Shown: positions 9,542 through 19,810 of the stretch, in pieces
Layout: each line of letters opens with the position of its first letter
How positions within the stretch are numbered: position 1 is the first letter of the stretch
NCBI GenBank assembly: GCA_051859245.1
Contig: JBHYGA010000001.1
Coordinates: forward strand, 800,001-864,000
From: Gemmatimonadaceae bacterium
GTDB lineage: Bacteria; Gemmatimonadota; Gemmatimonadetes; Gemmatimonadales; Gemmatimonadaceae
Direction of reading: 5' to 3'
Length of the DNA: 64,000 bases
Made by a program: the position numbers and the translations under genes
Notes under the pieces: model-generated
Seen by the model: only the letters and a program-made list of their open reading frames with translations
Told to the model about the DNA's origin: nothing
Database searches by the model: none

Positions 9542-11266
9542 ATGCTCGACCCACATCGTGTCCTGCGGTGGGTCTGGATTGGGCGTGTCGTGATCGGATT
9601 CGCGATTCTAGTGGCCGCGGTGTTCGTGTGGGAGCGCGCCGAACCGTTCGATACCCTGGTGGCGACGCTGGCGTTCGCTGTCGCGATTCTGGCGACAGTC
9701 GCTTCGGCGATGTACCGCGAAATATACCGCCAGCCCACCGGCAGGCTCTTCTATTTGATACAATGTGCCGTGGACCTGCTGCTGGTCACGGCCGTGGTTC
9801 ACGTGACGGGCGGCTGGAGCTCCCAGTTCGCCGCCCTTTATATCCTGGTGATCGCGGTGGCCGCGCTGCTGCTGCCCTTCAAGGACGGCGTGATGCTGGC
9901 CGTGGCCGCGAGTGCCCTGTATGCGGCCGACGTGCTCTGGTTCGGTCTCGAGCAGCCCGCGCTCGCCATCTGGGTGCAGGTGGGCGTGTTTGTCGTGGTG
10001 TCCATAGGCAGCGGCGTGATTGCCGCGCGGCTGCGGCAGGCCGGTGATGGCCGCGACGCACTGGCCGCGCAGCTGGTCAAAGTGCAGCTCGAAGCCGCCG
10101 ACATTCTGCGCAGCATTCAGAGTGGTATTGTCACAGTAGACGCCACCGGACATCTGCTCTACGCCAATCCCGTGGCCAGCGATCTGCTCGGCGTGAGTTT
10201 GCGCGGCCTGATGGGCCGCCCTGTCCTTGGGACCCTCGCCCCCGTCGCGCCGGAGTTGGCCGATGTGTTGCAGCGATCGGCCGTTGACGGCGAACGTCGC
10301 CGACGGGTGGAAGGCGTCATTCATCGCGAAGGTCAGACCGTGTTGGTCGGACTGACCACCACGGTCGCGGAACGCGCCGGTTCGTCGGGCGGACGCACGG
10401 TCACGGCAATTTTTCAGGACATCTCGGATTCCAAACGATTGCAAGCGCTCCACGTGCGGACGGAGCGTTTGCAGGCGGTGGCCGAACTGAGCGCATCACT
10501 CGCGCATGAAATCAAGAATCCGCTGGCGTCTATTCGCAGTGCAACGGAACAGTTGGCGCGCCGTCAACTCAAGCGTGGTGATGCCGACGAAGACGAGCAG
10601 GCGTTGTTCGCGCTCACCGTGCGAGAAGCCGACCGTTTGAGTCGTTTGTTGAGCGAGTTCCTGGATTTTGCGCGCACGCGTGCGGCGCAACTCACGCCGG
10701 TAGACGTCGCCTCGGTGGCACGCGCCGCAGTGGCGCTGGCCCGACAGCATCCGGCGTGCGGCGATGGTGTGGTGATTTCAATCGACGCGCCAGACAATAA
10801 TGCCGAGTGCCTGGTGGCCGGCGACGATGATCTGTTGCATCGCGCCGTATTCAATCTGGTACTCAACGCCGTGCAGGCAGTGAGTCCGTCGGGACGCGTG
10901 CACGTACATGTGACCACCGCAACAGATCGTGCAATTGATGGCGAAGCGGTGGCGGTACACGTGAACGATGACGGACCAGGTGTCCCGCAGGAAATGCGCG
11001 ATCGTGTGTTCGAACCGTTTGTCACGAGCAAACAAGGTGGCACCGGACTCGGCTTGCCCATCGTGCATCGCGCCGCTGAAGCGCATAAAGGCGCGGTGTT
11101 TGTCGAGCACTTGTCGCCGGGCACACGGTTCACTTTGCTCGTGCCTCGTGTTCAGCCGGTAGATGCAGCGGTGCCGACGCGAAGCGCGGCGAATAGCACG
11201 GCTAATAGCACCGCGAACACCGCGGATCAAACTGCGGCCAACGAACTCAAATCAGTAGCGGCCTAG
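9542..11266 (+). CDS. pilS: PilS-like PAS sensor histidine kinase
   Basis: About 6 TM, PAS, H-box AHEIKNPL, N/G boxes (NLVLNA, DDGPG, GTGLGL). Lies upstream of pilR and pilA. Start set at ATG 9542. Confidence 0.85.
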   Translation: MLDPHRVLRWVWIGRVVIGFAILVAAVFVWERAEPFDTLVATLAFAVAILATVASAMYREIYRQPTGRLFYLIQCAVDLLLVTAVVHVTGGWSSQFAALYILVIAVAALLLPFKDGVMLAVAASALYAADVLWFGLEQPALAIWVQVGVFVVVSIGSGVIAARLRQAGDGRDALAAQLVKVQLEAADILRSIQSGIVTVDATGHLLYANPVASDLLGVSLRGLMGRPVLGTLAPVAPELADVLQRSAVDGERRRRVEGVIHREGQTVLVGLTTTVAERAGSSGGRTVTAIFQDISDSKRLQALHVRTERLQAVAELSASLAHEIKNPLASIRSATEQLARRQLKRGDADEDEQALFALTVREADRLSRLLSEFLDFARTRAAQLTPVDVASVARAAVALARQHPACGDGVVISIDAPDNNAECLVAGDDDLLHRAVFNLVLNAVQAVSPSGRVHVHVTTATDRAIDGEAVAVHVNDDGPGVPQEMRDRVFEPFVTSKQGGTGLGLPIVHRAAEAHKGAVFVEHLSPGTRFTLLVPRVQPVDAAVPTRSAANSTANSTANTADQTAANELKSVAA

Positions 11267-11307
11267 TATATGACACATTCTCCCTTGACCACCGCGAGAC
11301 ACTTGTC

Positions 11308-12696
11308 GTGACCATTCCATCTGCCAACGCCCCCGCGCCGCGTGTTCTACTCGTCGACGATGAAATGGGCATTCTGGAATCGCTTCGTATTCTGCTCAAG
11401 GGCGAGGGTTTTCATCCGATCGCCGCGCTTGGTGGACGCGCCGGCCTTGAACGTCTTGACGATGGTGAGCCAGACGTTGTGCTCACGGATATTCGCATGC
11501 CGGATGTCACCGGTGTGCAAGTGCTCGCGGCGGTGCGCGAACGCTACCCTACGTGTCCCGTGATTCTCATGACGGCGCAAGCGACGCTGCAGTCGGCGAT
11601 GCAAGCGGTGAATGAGGGTGCGTTCTACTACATCCAGAAGCCATTCCGCAATGACGAATTGCTCGCGATTCTTCGTCGAGCAGTCGAGCATCGTCAGCTG
11701 CGCGTGGAGAACACGGTGCTCAAGCAGGAAATTCGCAAGCGCGACCGAACGAGCGCTGTTGTCGCGGTGGGCAAGAGTCGTGCGTGGCAGGACGCGTTGC
11801 GCATGGCAGAAATGGTGGCGCCAACGGACAGCACGGTGCTGGTCACCGGGGAATCCGGCACGGGCAAAGAAGTGATCGCGCGGTACGTGCACGATCTCAG
11901 CGGGCGCAACGATTTACCGTTCATGTCAATCAACTGTGGCGCGTTGCCGGAGAGTTTGCTCGAAAGCGAACTGTTCGGTCACGTGAAGGGATCGTTCACC
12001 GGCGCGGTGAAAGACAAAACCGGCTTGTTCGCGGCAGCGCTCGGCGGCACGTTCTTTCTCGACGAAATCGGCGAGACCACGGCGGCGACCCAGGTCAAGT
12101 TGCTGCGTGTGCTACAGCAGCGAGAAGTGATTCCGGTTGGTGGCACGGAATCCATTCCGATCAATGCGCGCGTGATTGCGGCGACAAATCGCGATCTGGA
12201 AGAAGAGATCAAACGTGGTTCGTTTCGCGGCGATCTGTACTATCGATTGAACGTGATCGCCTTGCATCTGCCCCCACTGCGTCATCGTGCCGACGACATC
12301 CCGTTACTCGCTGAGCACTTTTTGTCACGCGTTGCAACCCAGCGCGGCGAAACGCCCAAAGTGATTGCCGAATCAGCGCGCGATGCGATGATGGCGTACC
12401 AATGGCCCGGTAACGTGCGTGAGCTGGAGAATGCGTTGGAGCGCGCCGTGATTCTCTCGCCAGGCGCAACAATAGAAGCGAGTGCCTTGCCTGCCCGCAT
12501 TGTGGAGCGTCGCGCGGAACCGCTGGTGGCCGATCGTACACCGGCCACGCCCACGCTTGAAGCGATTGAGCGCGCGTACATCTCGTGGGTGCTGCAAAAC
12601 GAGAGCGGCAACAAGAGCCGTACCGCGGACGTGCTCGGCATTGATCCGTCCACGTTGTACCGAAAGCTGGCACGGTATGGAGAGGAGGCCGCATAA
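11308..12696 (+). CDS. pilR: PilR-like sigma54-dependent response regulator
   Basis: Receiver (VDDE, TDIRMP, KPF), GESGTGKE, GSFTGA, Fis-type HTH. Adjacent to a sigma54 promoter and the pilin gene. Confidence 0.88.
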   Translation: MTIPSANAPAPRVLLVDDEMGILESLRILLKGEGFHPIAALGGRAGLERLDDGEPDVVLTDIRMPDVTGVQVLAAVRERYPTCPVILMTAQATLQSAMQAVNEGAFYYIQKPFRNDELLAILRRAVEHRQLRVENTVLKQEIRKRDRTSAVVAVGKSRAWQDALRMAEMVAPTDSTVLVTGESGTGKEVIARYVHDLSGRNDLPFMSINCGALPESLLESELFGHVKGSFTGAVKDKTGLFAAALGGTFFLDEIGETTAATQVKLLRVLQQREVIPVGGTESIPINARVIAATNRDLEEEIKRGSFRGDLYYRLNVIALHLPPLRHRADDIPLLAEHFLSRVATQRGETPKVIAESARDAMMAYQWPGNVRELENALERAVILSPGATIEASALPARIVERRAEPLVADRTPATPTLEAIERAYISWVLQNESGNKSRTADVLGIDPSTLYRKLARYGEEAA

Positions 12697-12873
12697 GGCG
12701 GCGTTTCCTGACTGTTTCGTGCGAGGAATGCTCGACATGTCACATACCTAGCGACACCGTTTCACCAGCGGCCCGGCACAACTTCGCGTTGTCGCCGGGC
12801 CGTATTGCACCATGCAAGGGATCTTGCGAAACGCGGGGTGCGTAACGGTGCTCCAAGTTGCGGTCGAATGATG

Positions 12874-12885
12874 TAAGTGATTGCA
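12874..12885 (-). promoter_or_regulatory. Possible IHF site upstream of the pilA sigma54 promoter
   Basis: Minus strand TGCAATCACTTA contains the CAA-N4-TTR core of WATCAAN4TTR, about 30 bp upstream of the -24 element. Confidence 0.45.
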
Positions 12886-12915
12886 GGGCAACGTGTTTGC
12901 GTTGTGCCACTCGTG

Positions 12916-12930
12916 TGGCCCGCACATTGC
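12916..12930 (+). promoter_or_regulatory. Sigma54 -24/-12 promoter of pilA
   Basis: TGGCCC-GCACA-TTGC matches TGGCAC-N5-TTGC with exact spacing, between pilR and pilA. Confidence 0.85.
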
Positions 12931-13004
12931 CCTAAGGGTCAGTGTCGCGCAGGCCTCGAGTGAGACTGCGTCGATCGAACCCTCAATCTCTTGGAGATAC
13001 GGAC

Positions 13005-13376
13005 ATGCCCCGGAACCGCACTCGCAAAGGCTTTACCCTGATCGAACTTCTGATCGTCGTCGTGATTATCGGCATTTTGGCCGCCATCGCGATCCCGAAG
13101 TTTGCCAACACGAAGGAGAAGGCGTACGTCACGGCCATGAAGTCAGACCTGAAGAACATGATCTCGGCCGCCGAAGCGTCGTTCGCTGATGAGAATGACT
13201 ACGATGCGTTTGTTGCGCCGACCGGTTCGTCGGGCGTGTCGCTGACGTTCACGTCGGGTGGTGCGACGGGTTGGGAAGCCCAGGCGACGCATGCATCGAC
13301 CGCGATTGTTTGCAACATCTACGTCGGCAGCTCGACCCCGGTTGGAACCGCCGAAGGCGAGCCGATCTGCTCGTAA
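13005..13376 (+). CDS. pilA: Type IVa major pilin
   Basis: GGAG SD. MPRNRTRKG|FTLIELLIVVVIIGILAAIAIP prepilin motif, C-terminal Cys pair, 114 aa mature. Confidence 0.93.
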   Translation: MPRNRTRKGFTLIELLIVVVIIGILAAIAIPKFANTKEKAYVTAMKSDLKNMISAAEASFADENDYDAFVAPTGSSGVSLTFTSGGATGWEAQATHASTAIVCNIYVGSSTPVGTAEGEPICS

Positions 13377-13428
13377 GCTTCACCGCTGTACCACGAGTAT
13401 CTGCCGGTCCATCGGACCGGGGCGAGAG

Positions 13429-13457
13429 GGGGTCGGGCGAAAGCTCGGCCCCTTTTT
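13429..13457 (+). terminator. Intrinsic terminator after pilA
   Basis: GGGGTCGGGC-GAAA-GCTCGGCCCC followed by TTTTT. Confidence 0.88.
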
Positions 13458-13508
13458 GCTGTGCCGGGGTGGCTTCGCCGCACGACACCACACAGTTTCC
13501 GCGTCGTG

Positions 13509-14570
13509 ATGACATCGTCCCCAGAGATTTCGCCCGCCGAACTGCGCACGCCACTGGCATGGTCCGTAGTGGTGCTGCTCACGGCGGTCGGCGTGTGCGC
13601 GTGGCTGGCCTCGCGCGCTGACGCCGCGCCGTTCTGGATCGTGGCGAGTAGCGCGCTGCCAATGTTTTTCTGGTGGCTCTGGCTGCGACATTTTCTCACG
13701 CGGCAGCTCGAGGCGCCTCTGCTCGCCGCGCGCGACGCAGCGCAGGCGCTTGCTCGGGTGGAAAAACTCGCCACCACCGGGCGACTGGCCGCGGGCATTG
13801 CGCACGAAGTCGGGAATCCGCTGGCCGCGATCGCGACGTACGCCCAACTCGTGCGGCAACGCAGCGACACGGTGCCTGGCACGGCGGAGCCACTCGACGG
13901 CATCGACCGCGAAGTGGAGCGCATTGATCGTATCGTGCGCGGCTTGCTCGACTACGCGCGTCCTCGCCGACGCACACCACGTTCCGTTCGCGTCGACGAT
14001 GTGTTAGCGGACGTGCTGCGTTTGCTCACTGACCAGGGCGTGCTGCGTCGCATGCACGTGACGCGCGACATTCATTCCGGCGACGCGTCGGTGTTCGCCG
14101 AGCGGCATGATCTGGAGCAGGTCTTTGTGAACCTGGTGCTGAATGCGCGCGATGCGATGGGCGGCGTTGGCGAACTGGCCGTTCGCACGCGTACCCTCGA
14201 TGAATCGGAACTGCGTGCGACGGCGCTGCGACGTGAGAACGACGCGCAGACAGAACGTTTTGCGCGTGCACCCAGTCGTCGCGTGCAGAGCTGGCTGTCG
14301 CGTGTTGATCGTCCGCAGCGCGTGTTGCAAGTGGTTGTCGCCGACTCGGGACCCGGTGTGAACGCCGATGACGAAGAACGGATTTTTGAGCCGTTCTTCA
14401 GCACCAAAGCAGAAGAGCGTGGTGCCGGACTCGGACTCGCGATCGTGGCGCAAACGGTGGAAGGTCTTGGCGGCACCGTCTGGGTGCAACGCGCGCGAGA
14501 GGGCGGGGCTGCGTTCGTTGTGCTGCTCCCACTGGTCGGCGCGACAGCAACACAACGCGCGATGGAATGA
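13509..14570 (+). CDS. NtrB-type sensor histidine kinase (2 TM, almost no sensor domain)
   Basis: AHEVGNPL, NLVLNARDAM, DSGPG, FEPFFSTK, GAGLGL. Start uncertain. Confidence 0.85.
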   Translation: MTSSPEISPAELRTPLAWSVVVLLTAVGVCAWLASRADAAPFWIVASSALPMFFWWLWLRHFLTRQLEAPLLAARDAAQALARVEKLATTGRLAAGIAHEVGNPLAAIATYAQLVRQRSDTVPGTAEPLDGIDREVERIDRIVRGLLDYARPRRRTPRSVRVDDVLADVLRLLTDQGVLRRMHVTRDIHSGDASVFAERHDLEQVFVNLVLNARDAMGGVGELAVRTRTLDESELRATALRRENDAQTERFARAPSRRVQSWLSRVDRPQRVLQVVVADSGPGVNADDEERIFEPFFSTKAEERGAGLGLAIVAQTVEGLGGTVWVQRAREGGAAFVVLLPLVGATATQRAME

Positions 14571-14606
14571 TGATGGTGCGGCGCAACGCTGGTGACAGGT
14601 TGTGCC

Positions 14607-14981
14607 ATGACTTCTTCCACACGGATTCCGCGCGCGCGTACGGGCCGCGCCCTCGTTGAACTTCTTGTTGCCTCGCTGATCCTGTGCGTGGCAACCTCTG
14701 CGTCGCTGCGGCTGATGCAGGCCACCGCCACATTCGCCGATCGTGTGGTTCGCACAAGTGTCGCACGCGATCTCACCCGCGACGCGGCGGAGAACGTGCA
14801 GGCCAATGCCTGCGCCGCCTCGAGTGGTCAGGAGGCACGACGCCGCACGCTTGCCGACTGGCAGCGCACTGATCAAGGCGCCGTGGTCACACTCAATGTG
14901 ATCGTTACCCTCGTACCACATCCGTTCGAGCTGCAAGCGCCGAGTGCGCTGCACGCCATGGTTGCCGGATGGTGCACGTGA
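14607..14981 (+). CDS. Minor pilin, PilV-like
   Basis: RTG|RALVELLVASLIL prepilin-like N-terminus (E5 present). First of three minor pilin genes. Confidence 0.6.
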   Translation: MTSSTRIPRARTGRALVELLVASLILCVATSASLRLMQATATFADRVVRTSVARDLTRDAAENVQANACAASSGQEARRRTLADWQRTDQGAVVTLNVIVTLVPHPFELQAPSALHAMVAGWCT

Positions 14982-15853
14982 TGCGGCCGCCAAGAGGTTC
15001 CGCGCTGCTCGAACTGGTGCTGGCGCTGCCACTGTCGGCGCTGCTGGCCACCGCTGCGGTGCACATCATGCTCACACAGCTGCGCGTCACGCGACAGGTA
15101 CAGGCTCGCGTGGCCGGTACCCGCGAGCTCGAACATGCGGTCATGGCGCTCGCCGCTGACATTCGCGCGTCGGCCGCCACTGATCTGGAGGCGTGGACAG
15201 ATACAAGTCTCACGCTGCATACGCAAATGTTTGTGGGTGTCGTGTGCGGCGCGCCGGCCCCGCACGTCGTTGATGTCATTGGCGGATCACCATCCAGTCC
15301 ACTTCGTGCGTCGCTCTCGGCGGTGCCGCGCTCCGGTGATCGGTTGCTGCTTGGTGTGCCTGACAGCGCGCTGCTCGGTGTGTCGGCGCTGGTGCTGGAT
15401 ACGATGAGCGTGGCGGCGAGCATCGCGACCGCGGGGTCAGAACCGTCTGCGTGCGCAACATCGGCCATGAGTGCACGCGCCGGCGGTACGCCATGGCGCA
15501 TCACGCTCACGGCGCCTTCTGCGATCTGGCCGAGGCGCGGCGATGTGGTGGCGATCACGCGTCGAACCGAGTGGCGTGCGTATCGCGCCGGCGATCAGCT
15601 CACCTATCTCGGGCGCCGCGATTGGAATGGCAGCGCGTGGAGCACAATTCAGCCGGTGGTTGGTCCGCTGCGTAGCAACGCGGAGGGCGGCTTCAGGCTT
15701 CGTATTACGCGATCGGGTGGTTCGCAGCTCACGAGCATGCACCCTGACGCAAAGCAGGTGCACGTGCGCCTTGCGAGCGCGCATCGCATCAGCAGCACGG
15801 CGGTCGTGCTCGACTCGCTCGACGCAACGCTTTCGCTGCGTGGGGGGCGGTAA
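14981..15853 (+). CDS. Minor pilin, PilW-like
   Basis: RG|SALLELVLALPL, downstream 'ALAADIR' helix, translationally coupled. Confidence 0.65.
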   Translation: MRPPRGSALLELVLALPLSALLATAAVHIMLTQLRVTRQVQARVAGTRELEHAVMALAADIRASAATDLEAWTDTSLTLHTQMFVGVVCGAPAPHVVDVIGGSPSSPLRASLSAVPRSGDRLLLGVPDSALLGVSALVLDTMSVAASIATAGSEPSACATSAMSARAGGTPWRITLTAPSAIWPRRGDVVAITRRTEWRAYRAGDQLTYLGRRDWNGSAWSTIQPVVGPLRSNAEGGFRLRITRSGGSQLTSMHPDAKQVHVRLASAHRISSTAVVLDSLDATLSLRGGR

Positions 15854-15854
15854 C

Positions 15855-16973
15855 ATGACGCGTGATCGCGCTGGCTTTTCGCTGGTCGTTGTTCTGGTGC
15901 TCATGAGTACGCTGCTGCTTGTTGCGGTGGCGTTCACCGAGTCTGTATTGCAGGGCGCACGCGCGGCTCGTCTTGGGTGGCAAGGTGAACGAGCCGCGCA
16001 CGCGGCGGAAACGGTGTTGTTGCGCGCCGTGTCAGCATGGAACGCTCCGACTGCTGCGGCACTGCGCGTGGGTGAATCCGATACGGTGCTGTCGGGCGCG
16101 GCCGAGTTGGTAGAACGAACACGGTTGCAGGCGAGAGTTTTTTCGCTCGACGCGTGGTCACGCGTGCACGACGGTGCGCTGCGACCTTCGGAACGCCGAC
16201 ACATGCGCGTGGTGCGCCTTGATTGGCCCATCGTTCCGGCGCTCGGCGCACTCACCGTGCTTGGGCGCGTGGAACTGCAAAGCGGCAGCGCCGTATTCGG
16301 TGCGGATGCCGTACCCGCCAGCTGGAGTGATGAATGCGAAACCGAGTCACGTGACTCTCCCGTTGCCGCTGTCTTCGCACGCCAGGCGGTGGTGGATTCG
16401 GCGGCCACTGTTTCAGGGAGCGGCGCGCCGGTGCACCCGGTGTCGGCGGCGACTGCGATCGCGCATGCCGGAAGTTTTGACGCTGCGCATTCCGCACTGA
16501 CTGCAGTTGCGACGTGGTCCATCGCCGACAGCGTGATCAACACCGACGCGCTGGCGGCTGATGCGAGCGGATGTTCGCGCTGGTTCGGAGACGCCGAGCG
16601 AGGCGCGGGCGCGATCGACGCGTGCACGCGACGATGGCCAATTGTATTCGCGACGCACACCGGCACCGTCAGGCTCACCGGGACGCGGGCGGTGCAGGGC
16701 GCGCTCGTCACAAACGGGTCGCTGCGCATTGATCCCGGTGTGTCCTTCGCTGGTGTGCTGCTCGTGCGGGGCGCGCTCCAGGTGCAGGTGCCGGTGGGTC
16801 TCGAGGCGGTAACGATTGCCGGCGCGGTTGTGGTGCGCGATGTGCTCGAGCAGGGCAGTCGATTGCAGGGTGCGGTGCGGATTCAGAGCGCGCAGTGTCC
16901 TGCGCGGCTCGCGCTTGCTTTGGCGGGTCGACCAGAGCCTGTGCGTCAGCATGGTTGGAGCGAACGGCCCTGA
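15855..16973 (+). CDS. Minor pilin, PilX-like
   Basis: RAG|FSLVVVLVLMSTLL lacking E5 (PilX/GspK trait), 'ERAAHAAE', beta-helix-like C-terminus (GALVTNGSL, GVLLVRGAL). Confidence 0.7.
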   Translation: MTRDRAGFSLVVVLVLMSTLLLVAVAFTESVLQGARAARLGWQGERAAHAAETVLLRAVSAWNAPTAAALRVGESDTVLSGAAELVERTRLQARVFSLDAWSRVHDGALRPSERRHMRVVRLDWPIVPALGALTVLGRVELQSGSAVFGADAVPASWSDECETESRDSPVAAVFARQAVVDSAATVSGSGAPVHPVSAATAIAHAGSFDAAHSALTAVATWSIADSVINTDALAADASGCSRWFGDAERGAGAIDACTRRWPIVFATHTGTVRLTGTRAVQGALVTNGSLRIDPGVSFAGVLLVRGALQVQVPVGLEAVTIAGAVVVRDVLEQGSRLQGAVRIQSAQCPARLALALAGRPEPVRQHGWSERP

Positions 16974-17279
16974 ACGCCACGCGGTGCACGGGCCCGGCAA
17001 CGCAAAACTGCGCCTTTGGCCTCGCCCTGCCGAGACTCGTTTGATGTGACGCCGTTGGGTCGCACGACCTGCCCAACCGCACGCGGGGAGCCAAGGGTGT
17101 CACAGAAACCGCACGAACAGGGGGGGGACCCCCTCTCAGGGACGTTACCTCACTCGCTGCCGGTCGTATGGAGGGTGAATCGCCCGACCTCTCAGGTCAA
17201 AGTGTCCAGTTCCGATTGCGTGACGTTCCGTCAACAATCGCCCCGGTCTTACGACCACCACCGCGCAACCCCCTGCCGT

Positions 17280-18323
17280 ATGCAGCTCTTCGGCCGAAAG
17301 AAGACGACCATTGGACTCGATATCGGGTCAGGCCTCGTAAAGGCCGCGGTCATCGATCATGCCGGTGCGACACCGGAACTCACGAAAGTGGTCATCACGC
17401 CACTCAACGAGAACGCCATCGTTGAAGGCGAAGTGATGGATCACGCCATGGTGGCGGACGCAATCCGCCAGACCATGGAAGCCATTGGCGTGAAGAAACA
17501 GGACATTGTGGCGGCAGTTGGTGGTCGCGATGTAATCGTGAAGAAAATCCAGGTCGAGCGCGTCAAAGATGCGCAGGCTCAGGAGCTGATTCGCTGGGAA
17601 GCGGAGCAGCACGTGCCCTTCGATATGGATTCCGTCGAACTGGACCACCAGATCCTCGATCCGGATGGTGACAGTCTCGAAATGAACGTGCTGCTCGTGG
17701 CGGCCAAGCGTGAACTGGTCGAGAACAAGCGCACGTTGCTTACCGACGCTGGCGTGTCGCCCACAATCATGGATGTCGACGCCTTTGCGTTGCACAACGC
17801 GTTTGCGATGAACTATCCCGACGCGATGCAGGGCGTGGTGGCGTTGCTCAACATTGGCAACGAAGTCACGTCGCTCAACATTCTCGACGAAGGCGTCCCC
17901 ATTCTCACGCGCGATCTCACGGTGGGCACGCGTCGCCTGCGTGAAGATCTGCAGCGCGATCATGGCTTGTCTGCCGAAGACGCTGAGCAGTTGGTGCGCG
18001 GGTTTGACCGCACGCCGTCGCTCAACAGCGTGATTGCCACGCGTGGCGAAGAACTCGCGATTGGCCTTGAGCGCGCGATGTCATTCCTCGCGTCGTCGTC
18101 GCGTCACTACGGCTCTGTGCGCGCGGTGTTCGCGTGCGGCGGTGGCGCGCGCACACCGGGGCTGCTGCCGTGGCTTGGTGAGCGTCTGCGCATGCCGGTG
18201 CAGCCGGCCAATCCGTTGGCGCGACTCACGGTGCGTGAGGGTGCGCTGGAGTTCATGGCGACCGATGAAGTCGCGCCGTTGCTCATGTTGCCGGTGGGGC
18301 TCGCCCTCCGGACCGTCGCCTGA
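17280..18323 (+). CDS. pilM: Type IV pilus assembly protein PilM
   Basis: IGLDIGSGLVK actin-like motif, EAEQHVPF, LNIG, GGGA, GLALR. Confidence 0.95.
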   Translation: MQLFGRKKTTIGLDIGSGLVKAAVIDHAGATPELTKVVITPLNENAIVEGEVMDHAMVADAIRQTMEAIGVKKQDIVAAVGGRDVIVKKIQVERVKDAQAQELIRWEAEQHVPFDMDSVELDHQILDPDGDSLEMNVLLVAAKRELVENKRTLLTDAGVSPTIMDVDAFALHNAFAMNYPDAMQGVVALLNIGNEVTSLNILDEGVPILTRDLTVGTRRLREDLQRDHGLSAEDAEQLVRGFDRTPSLNSVIATRGEELAIGLERAMSFLASSSRHYGSVRAVFACGGGARTPGLLPWLGERLRMPVQPANPLARLTVREGALEFMATDEVAPLLMLPVGLALRTVA

Positions 18324-18340
18324 GGCGAGGACATCACACT

Positions 18341-19147
18341 ATGCAAATCCAGGTCAATCTCCTCCCCGGCGCGAAAAAGAAGCACAAGGGCTCCAAGGGC
18401 TCTTCGCGCAACATCGGCGCTGCGTTGTCCGGTCTCTCGGATCAGATCAAGGATCCGTGGATGATCGGTTCGGCGGGCGCGGTGATTCTCTCCGTTGTCG
18501 CCGTCGGCGTGCTCTTTACCACGCAGCAGGCGAGCGCCGGCGAACTCGGTGTGCGCCTCGAAAAGGCGGTGCGTGATTCCACGCGCTACGCGACGGTGCT
18601 CGAAGCGCGTCGCAAGGTGTCCGTGGAGCGCGACTCCGTGCGTCGTCAGGTGCAGATCATTCGCACCATCGACGATAACCGCTACATCTGGGCGCACCTG
18701 CTGGAAGAAATCAGCACCGCGCTGCCGTCGTACACCTGGCTGACCAGCGTTGAGCAGACCAGCAAGCCGGTGCTCCCGCCAGGTGCCGAACCCGCGGCGC
18801 CGGTGGATCCGAAAGACAAGCCCAAGGCGCTTTCGAACGACGAGCCCGGCACGCCGGCGGCGAAAGCCGCTGCCGCCAAGGCGCGTGCTGCCGCCGCTGC
18901 CGACACGGTGATCGTGCACCAGCCGGTCGCGTTCAAGGTGGTTGGACAGACGGTGGATATGCAGGCACTCACCTCGTTCATGAAAGATCTCGAAGCCTCG
19001 GCCTTCGTGAAGAACGTCATGCTCATCAAGTCCGAAATCGTAGTGGTCGACGGCAAGGATGTGACCGAGTTCCAGCTTGACGCCGAGTATGAAGTGCCGC
19101 CGCAAGCCGTGCTGCGCACTGAGCCGCTTGTTGTTCCCGTTCGCTGA
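18341..19147 (+). CDS. pilN: Type IV pilus assembly protein PilN
   Basis: MQIQVNLLP N-terminal motif, TM, LPSYTWLTS. Confidence 0.92.
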   Translation: MQIQVNLLPGAKKKHKGSKGSSRNIGAALSGLSDQIKDPWMIGSAGAVILSVVAVGVLFTTQQASAGELGVRLEKAVRDSTRYATVLEARRKVSVERDSVRRQVQIIRTIDDNRYIWAHLLEEISTALPSYTWLTSVEQTSKPVLPPGAEPAAPVDPKDKPKALSNDEPGTPAAKAAAAKARAAAAADTVIVHQPVAFKVVGQTVDMQALTSFMKDLEASAFVKNVMLIKSEIVVVDGKDVTEFQLDAEYEVPPQAVLRTEPLVVPVR

Positions 19148-19162
19148 TCGAGGTCACATCCC

Positions 19163-19810
19163 ATGATTCAGTTTCCGCAATCGCAGCGCGACCAGATCAA
19201 GATCGTCATCGGTTTCATCGCCGTGGCACTCTCGGTCGTGTACTACATGTATCCGTATTCTTCCGCTCAAGAACAGCTGGCGCTCGATAGCAGCCGCGTC
19301 GAGTCGCTTGAGCAGGCCAACCGCGTCGCGCAGAAAGAGTTTGCGGCGGGCAGTGTGGAAGAGCTGAAAACGCAGGCCGCCGAACAGCGCGCTGCGCTGG
19401 TGGCCATGCGTCGCCTGGTGCCAACCAACAACGAAGTGCCGGCGCTGCTCGAAGAAGTCTCAACGGCGGCCCGTCGCGCCGGTCTTGATGTCGGCACGTT
19501 CACGCCCGAGCCGGTGATTCGCGGCGAGAAGTTCGACACCCATCGCTACAAGGTGTCGATCATCGGTGGCTACCACGACGTTGGTGGCTTCCTCGCGAAC
19601 GTTGGCTCGCTGCCGCGGATCGTGGCGCCGGTGGAGTTCGCACTGGTTGCGTCGAACGGTCGTGCCGCTGGTGGACGTCGCCAGACCTCAGTCGCGCGGA
19701 ACTCGGAGCGCACCGGACTCGAGGCCACGGTCACCCTGCAAACGTACGTCGAGCGCACCAGCCCGGCTGCGTCGCCCACGCGCGTCGCCACCGCCTCGGA
19801 GATCAAATAA
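19163..19810 (+). CDS. pilO: Type IV pilus assembly protein PilO
   Basis: TM, VPTNNEVPALL, GGYHDVGGFLANVGSLPRIV. Confidence 0.92.
   Translation: MIQFPQSQRDQIKIVIGFIAVALSVVYYMYPYSSAQEQLALDSSRVESLEQANRVAQKEFAAGSVEELKTQAAEQRAALVAMRRLVPTNNEVPALLEEVSTAARRAGLDVGTFTPEPVIRGEKFDTHRYKVSIIGGYHDVGGFLANVGSLPRIVAPVEFALVASNGRAAGGRRQTSVARNSERTGLEATVTLQTYVERTSPAASPTRVATASEIK

Noticed and set aside
13005..13376. PilA as a Geobacter-type conductive e-pilin (aromatics at F1, F24, Y32, F51, Y57)
   Set aside because: Y27 is Thr, the pilin is 114 aa with a globular head, and F/W/Y content is only 9/114. The N-terminal similarity is general to this pilin class.
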